NCBI GenBank assembly: GCA_016928835.1
Contig: JAFGJW010000007.1
Location: 12,158-76,157, forward strand
Direction: 5' to 3'
Source: Candidatus Woesearchaeota archaeon
GTDB lineage: Archaea; Nanobdellota; Nanobdellia; Woesearchaeales; GW2011-AR15
Length of the DNA: 64,000 bases
The notes beneath the pieces were generated by a model. The model was not told the DNA's origin. It ran no database searches and was given only the letters and a program-made list of their open reading frames with translations. How positions within the stretch are numbered: the stretch's first letter is position 1; every line of letters begins with the position of its first letter. Below, in pieces: positions 61,371-64,000 of this stretch. The translations under genes were made by a program, and so were the position numbers.

Positions 61371-62546
61371 ATGATTGAACTCAGCGGGTGTTCAATAATA
61401 GAGAAGGGAAGAATTCTGCTTGTAAAAAAGAAAAAAGAAAATCATTACGAGCTGCCAGGTGGAAAAGTTATTGGCAGAGAAAAAATAAAAGATACTGCGG
61501 CCAGAGAGCTGAAAGAAGAGCTCGGGATAAAAGCAGCCCGCCTTGACTATTTTGGGAGCTTTGATTTTTCTTTAAATGAACGTATGTTTAGAAGCCATAT
61601 TTTCCTCGCAGAGATAGACTCAAACCAAGAACCAAGAATCCTTGAGCCGGAATTTTTTAGCGAAATGCTATGGCTCCCAATTAGAGATCATAAACAATTC
61701 AGATTATCTCCTAATGTCGAGCAATTTTTGGTGAAGTATTTGGAGGGCATGAAAAAAAAGTGTGACAGCATTTTACAGAATCTAACAAATAAAAAACATA
61801 TCTTGTTCACAGACCGCGGCAACTCTTCTATATGGCTAGCTTTAAAATTGATGAAAAAACTAGGCAAAAGTAATATTTTGATGCCGGACCAGGGTGGGTG
61901 GTTCACTTACAGGGATTTCTCAAAAAGGCTTAAGCTAAACATAATAACATATAAAACAGATTACGGGCTTGTGAAAATAGAGAACTTAAGTCTTGATGCT
62001 AATTCTGCCATATTTGTAAACTCGTTAGCAGGCTATTTCGTCGAGATACAGAATATAAGCGAGATACAGGAATTGTGCAGAAAAAAAGATGCTGTTTTAA
62101 TTAATGATGTCTCGGGCTCAATAGGAAGCGAACTAGCAAAAGACGGAGACATTGTCCTTGGAAGCTTTGGGGAGGGAAAGCCAATAAATGTCGAATATGG
62201 AGGGTTTATAGCCACAGATAATAAAGAGTTCTATGATTTTTTTTCTGGAAAGCTCAATAAAAAATTAAAAGAGTTTTACCAGGAATTATATGAAAAATTA
62301 ATTAATTTAGGAAAAAGAAGGGAATTCTTCTCTAGCCTGAATAAAAAAATAAAAGAAGACTTAAAAGAGTATAATATAGTACATAGAGCCATACCCGGAA
62401 TAAATGTGGTAATCAGGTTCAGTAATGAAAAGGAAAAAGAGGAGCTGATAGGATATTGTAAGAAAAACAATTTCGAGTACAGACTCTGTCCGCGATACAA
62501 CAGGATTAAAGAAGATGCTGTTTCTATTGAAGTGAAGCGATTGTAG
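61371..62546 (+). CDS. NUDIX hydrolase fused to a DegT/DnrJ-like PLP domain
   Basis: ELPGGK...AARELKEELG; LINDVSGSIG; GSFGEGKPI..GG. Confidence 0.75.
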   Translation: MIELSGCSIIEKGRILLVKKKKENHYELPGGKVIGREKIKDTAARELKEELGIKAARLDYFGSFDFSLNERMFRSHIFLAEIDSNQEPRILEPEFFSEMLWLPIRDHKQFRLSPNVEQFLVKYLEGMKKKCDSILQNLTNKKHILFTDRGNSSIWLALKLMKKLGKSNILMPDQGGWFTYRDFSKRLKLNIITYKTDYGLVKIENLSLDANSAIFVNSLAGYFVEIQNISEIQELCRKKDAVLINDVSGSIGSELAKDGDIVLGSFGEGKPINVEYGGFIATDNKEFYDFFSGKLNKKLKEFYQELYEKLINLGKRREFFSSLNKKIKEDLKEYNIVHRAIPGINVVIRFSNEKEKEELIGYCKKNNFEYRLCPRYNRIKEDAVSIEVKRL

Positions 62547-62617
62547 ATTATTTATTATCAAAAACCTTAAAAACCCCTTCTTCTTTTTGTTTTTATTCTA
62601 TGAGGTGATGTAAAATT

Positions 62618-62998
62618 TTGAAACTACCAGATTCAATGGATGAATTGGTTTATTGGACCAGCCGAAGTATGGGCAAAGGAAATGTGAAAGCATGGGTTTA
62701 TAGAGGAGAATGTCCAAAATGCGGAAAAGGCATTATGGGCAAACCTGTTGAAAAAGGCAAGGTAAAGGTAAGGGCAAAGTATTATGAATGCCCGGAGTGC
62801 GGATATAAGGTCGATAAACAGGAATATGAAGATTCATTGACTGCCAATATTGTGTACACCTGTCCTGAATGCGGCAACAAGGGGGAAACACAGATTCCTT
62901 TTAGAAGAAAAAAGTTCCAGGGAGTGGATGCTTTGGTATTCCAATGTGAGAAATGCAAGGCTAAAGTTCCCGTAACTAAGAAGATGAAGGAGATTTAG
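62618..62998 (+). CDS. Multi zinc-ribbon conserved hypothetical protein
   Basis: Four CxxC motifs. Confidence 0.7.
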   Translation: MKLPDSMDELVYWTSRSMGKGNVKAWVYRGECPKCGKGIMGKPVEKGKVKVRAKYYECPECGYKVDKQEYEDSLTANIVYTCPECGNKGETQIPFRRKKFQGVDALVFQCEKCKAKVPVTKKMKEI

Positions 62999-64000
62999 CC
63001 CTTAATATCATTTCATATTCTTTTTTCAATCTATTCAATATTACTCTATCGGCATTGAAAAATACCTTGAAATAAGACTCTAACAGTCTGATTAAATTTT
63101 CATTATTAATCTTAAACAATTCATCTTTATCTATAAGGTTGCACAATGCCCTTAATTTATCACCTAAGGGCTTTTTCAGGTCTTTTGGTAAATTCTTGAT
63201 TATTGAAGTGCATGTTTCTTTATCATAATTATCAAATGCAATCTCCTTTGCAAGTTCTATTGCGCTCAAGTTGTAATATGAATAAAATAAATCTCTGTAG
63301 TCAAAAAATATTCTTGCTCTTAACGCAAAGCACACATCTAAGAAATGGGCTTTGTGCCAGTAATTTATACTACCAAAATCAAAGCACTCTAACTCCAAAT
63401 CCAAATCTTCAACAGGGAAGAAGCTGCCTTTATGCATATTATAAATCTCAGTCCCTGGCAGTGGCCAGAGGAAATTTGATTTGATCTCTATTTTTGAATA
63501 TTTTGAGAATCGCTTTACTTCATCAAGCATCTTCTCAACACTCTCTTTAGTTTCAAATGGGCTGAGTATATAGCTGATTGCCAGTGTAAAGTTCATCTTG
63601 TTCGCCAGTTTGGCAAATTTTTCAATTACTTCTCTCTCTTTATCCAATCTCCACTGTTTTCGAATATCTCCGAGATACTTTCTCCTTACTTTTTCAGAAA
63701 TAGCTTCATCAACAACCTCCCTGCCAAAAAAAAGGTTATTGTTCCTATTACCAAGTTCCTTTACTATTGAAACAGCTTCATCAAACTCCTTTTTCTCAAT
63801 GAAAAAAGAAGGATCAGAGTAAAGAACAACATCTGGGATTTTCTTGAACTTTTCTTTGTATGACTCAAAAAATTCCAGTGTCCTTTTTTTATTTTCCCTC
63901 CATAAAGGATTGTTGTCGTACAGGTAGATGCGCTTTATTTCTTTACTCTTGATATCACTAATGTAATCTTTAACAGGGATAGAAATTATTGTTTTAGGGC
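62976..64000 (-). CDS. Radical SAM protein, C-terminal part (5' end outside the window)
   Basis: The frame stays open well upstream of the listed ORF start (IYLYDNN, FFGREVVDE, SYILSPFETKES, PLPGTEIY); the CxxxCxxC motif is not in the window. Confidence 0.65.
   Translation of the reverse strand, partial: PKTIISIPVKDYISDIKSKEIKRIYLYDNNPLWRENKKRTLEFFESYKEKFKKIPDVVLYSDPSFFIEKKEFDEAVSIVKELGNRNNNLFFGREVVDEAISEKVRRKYLGDIRKQWRLDKEREVIEKFAKLANKMNFTLAISYILSPFETKESVEKMLDEVKRFSKYSKIEIKSNFLWPLPGTEIYNMHKGSFFPVEDLDLELECFDFGSINYWHKAHFLDVCFALRARIFFDYRDLFYSYYNLSAIELAKEIAFDNYDKETCTSIIKNLPKDLKKPLGDKLRALCNLIDKDELFKINNENLIRLLESYFKVFFNADRVILNRLKKEYEMILRAKSPSSS

Overview
This is an AT-rich archaeal chromosome segment, most likely DPANN/Woesearchaeota-like. 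The inference rests on archaeal RpoN, LeuRS, FtsZ, SepF and PGI/PMI, BHB-type tRNA introns and TATA promoters, alongside bacterial-type AspRS, TGT and DnaJ. It carries housekeeping genes (glyA 3' end plus a lipoate/GcvH operon, rtcB, deoB-mtnA, ftsZ, aspS, leuS, argS, ppsA with an intein, dnaJ), three toxin-antitoxin pairs, a tgt + yhhQ queuine-salvage pair and many orphan ORFs. The most striking signal is in the tRNA genes, which I reconstructed by eye. tRNA-Ser(CGA) has two introns, tRNA-Val(TAC) has one T-loop intron, and tRNA-Leu(TAG) is broken by four introns. The Leu gene is fused to a free-standing LAGLIDADG endonuclease cassette. The cassette sits in the tRNA D-loop and supplies a duplicate 5' tRNA segment, while the displaced original 5' end carries a fifth intron. 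All calls come from motif recognition and manual base-pairing; no database searches were run.
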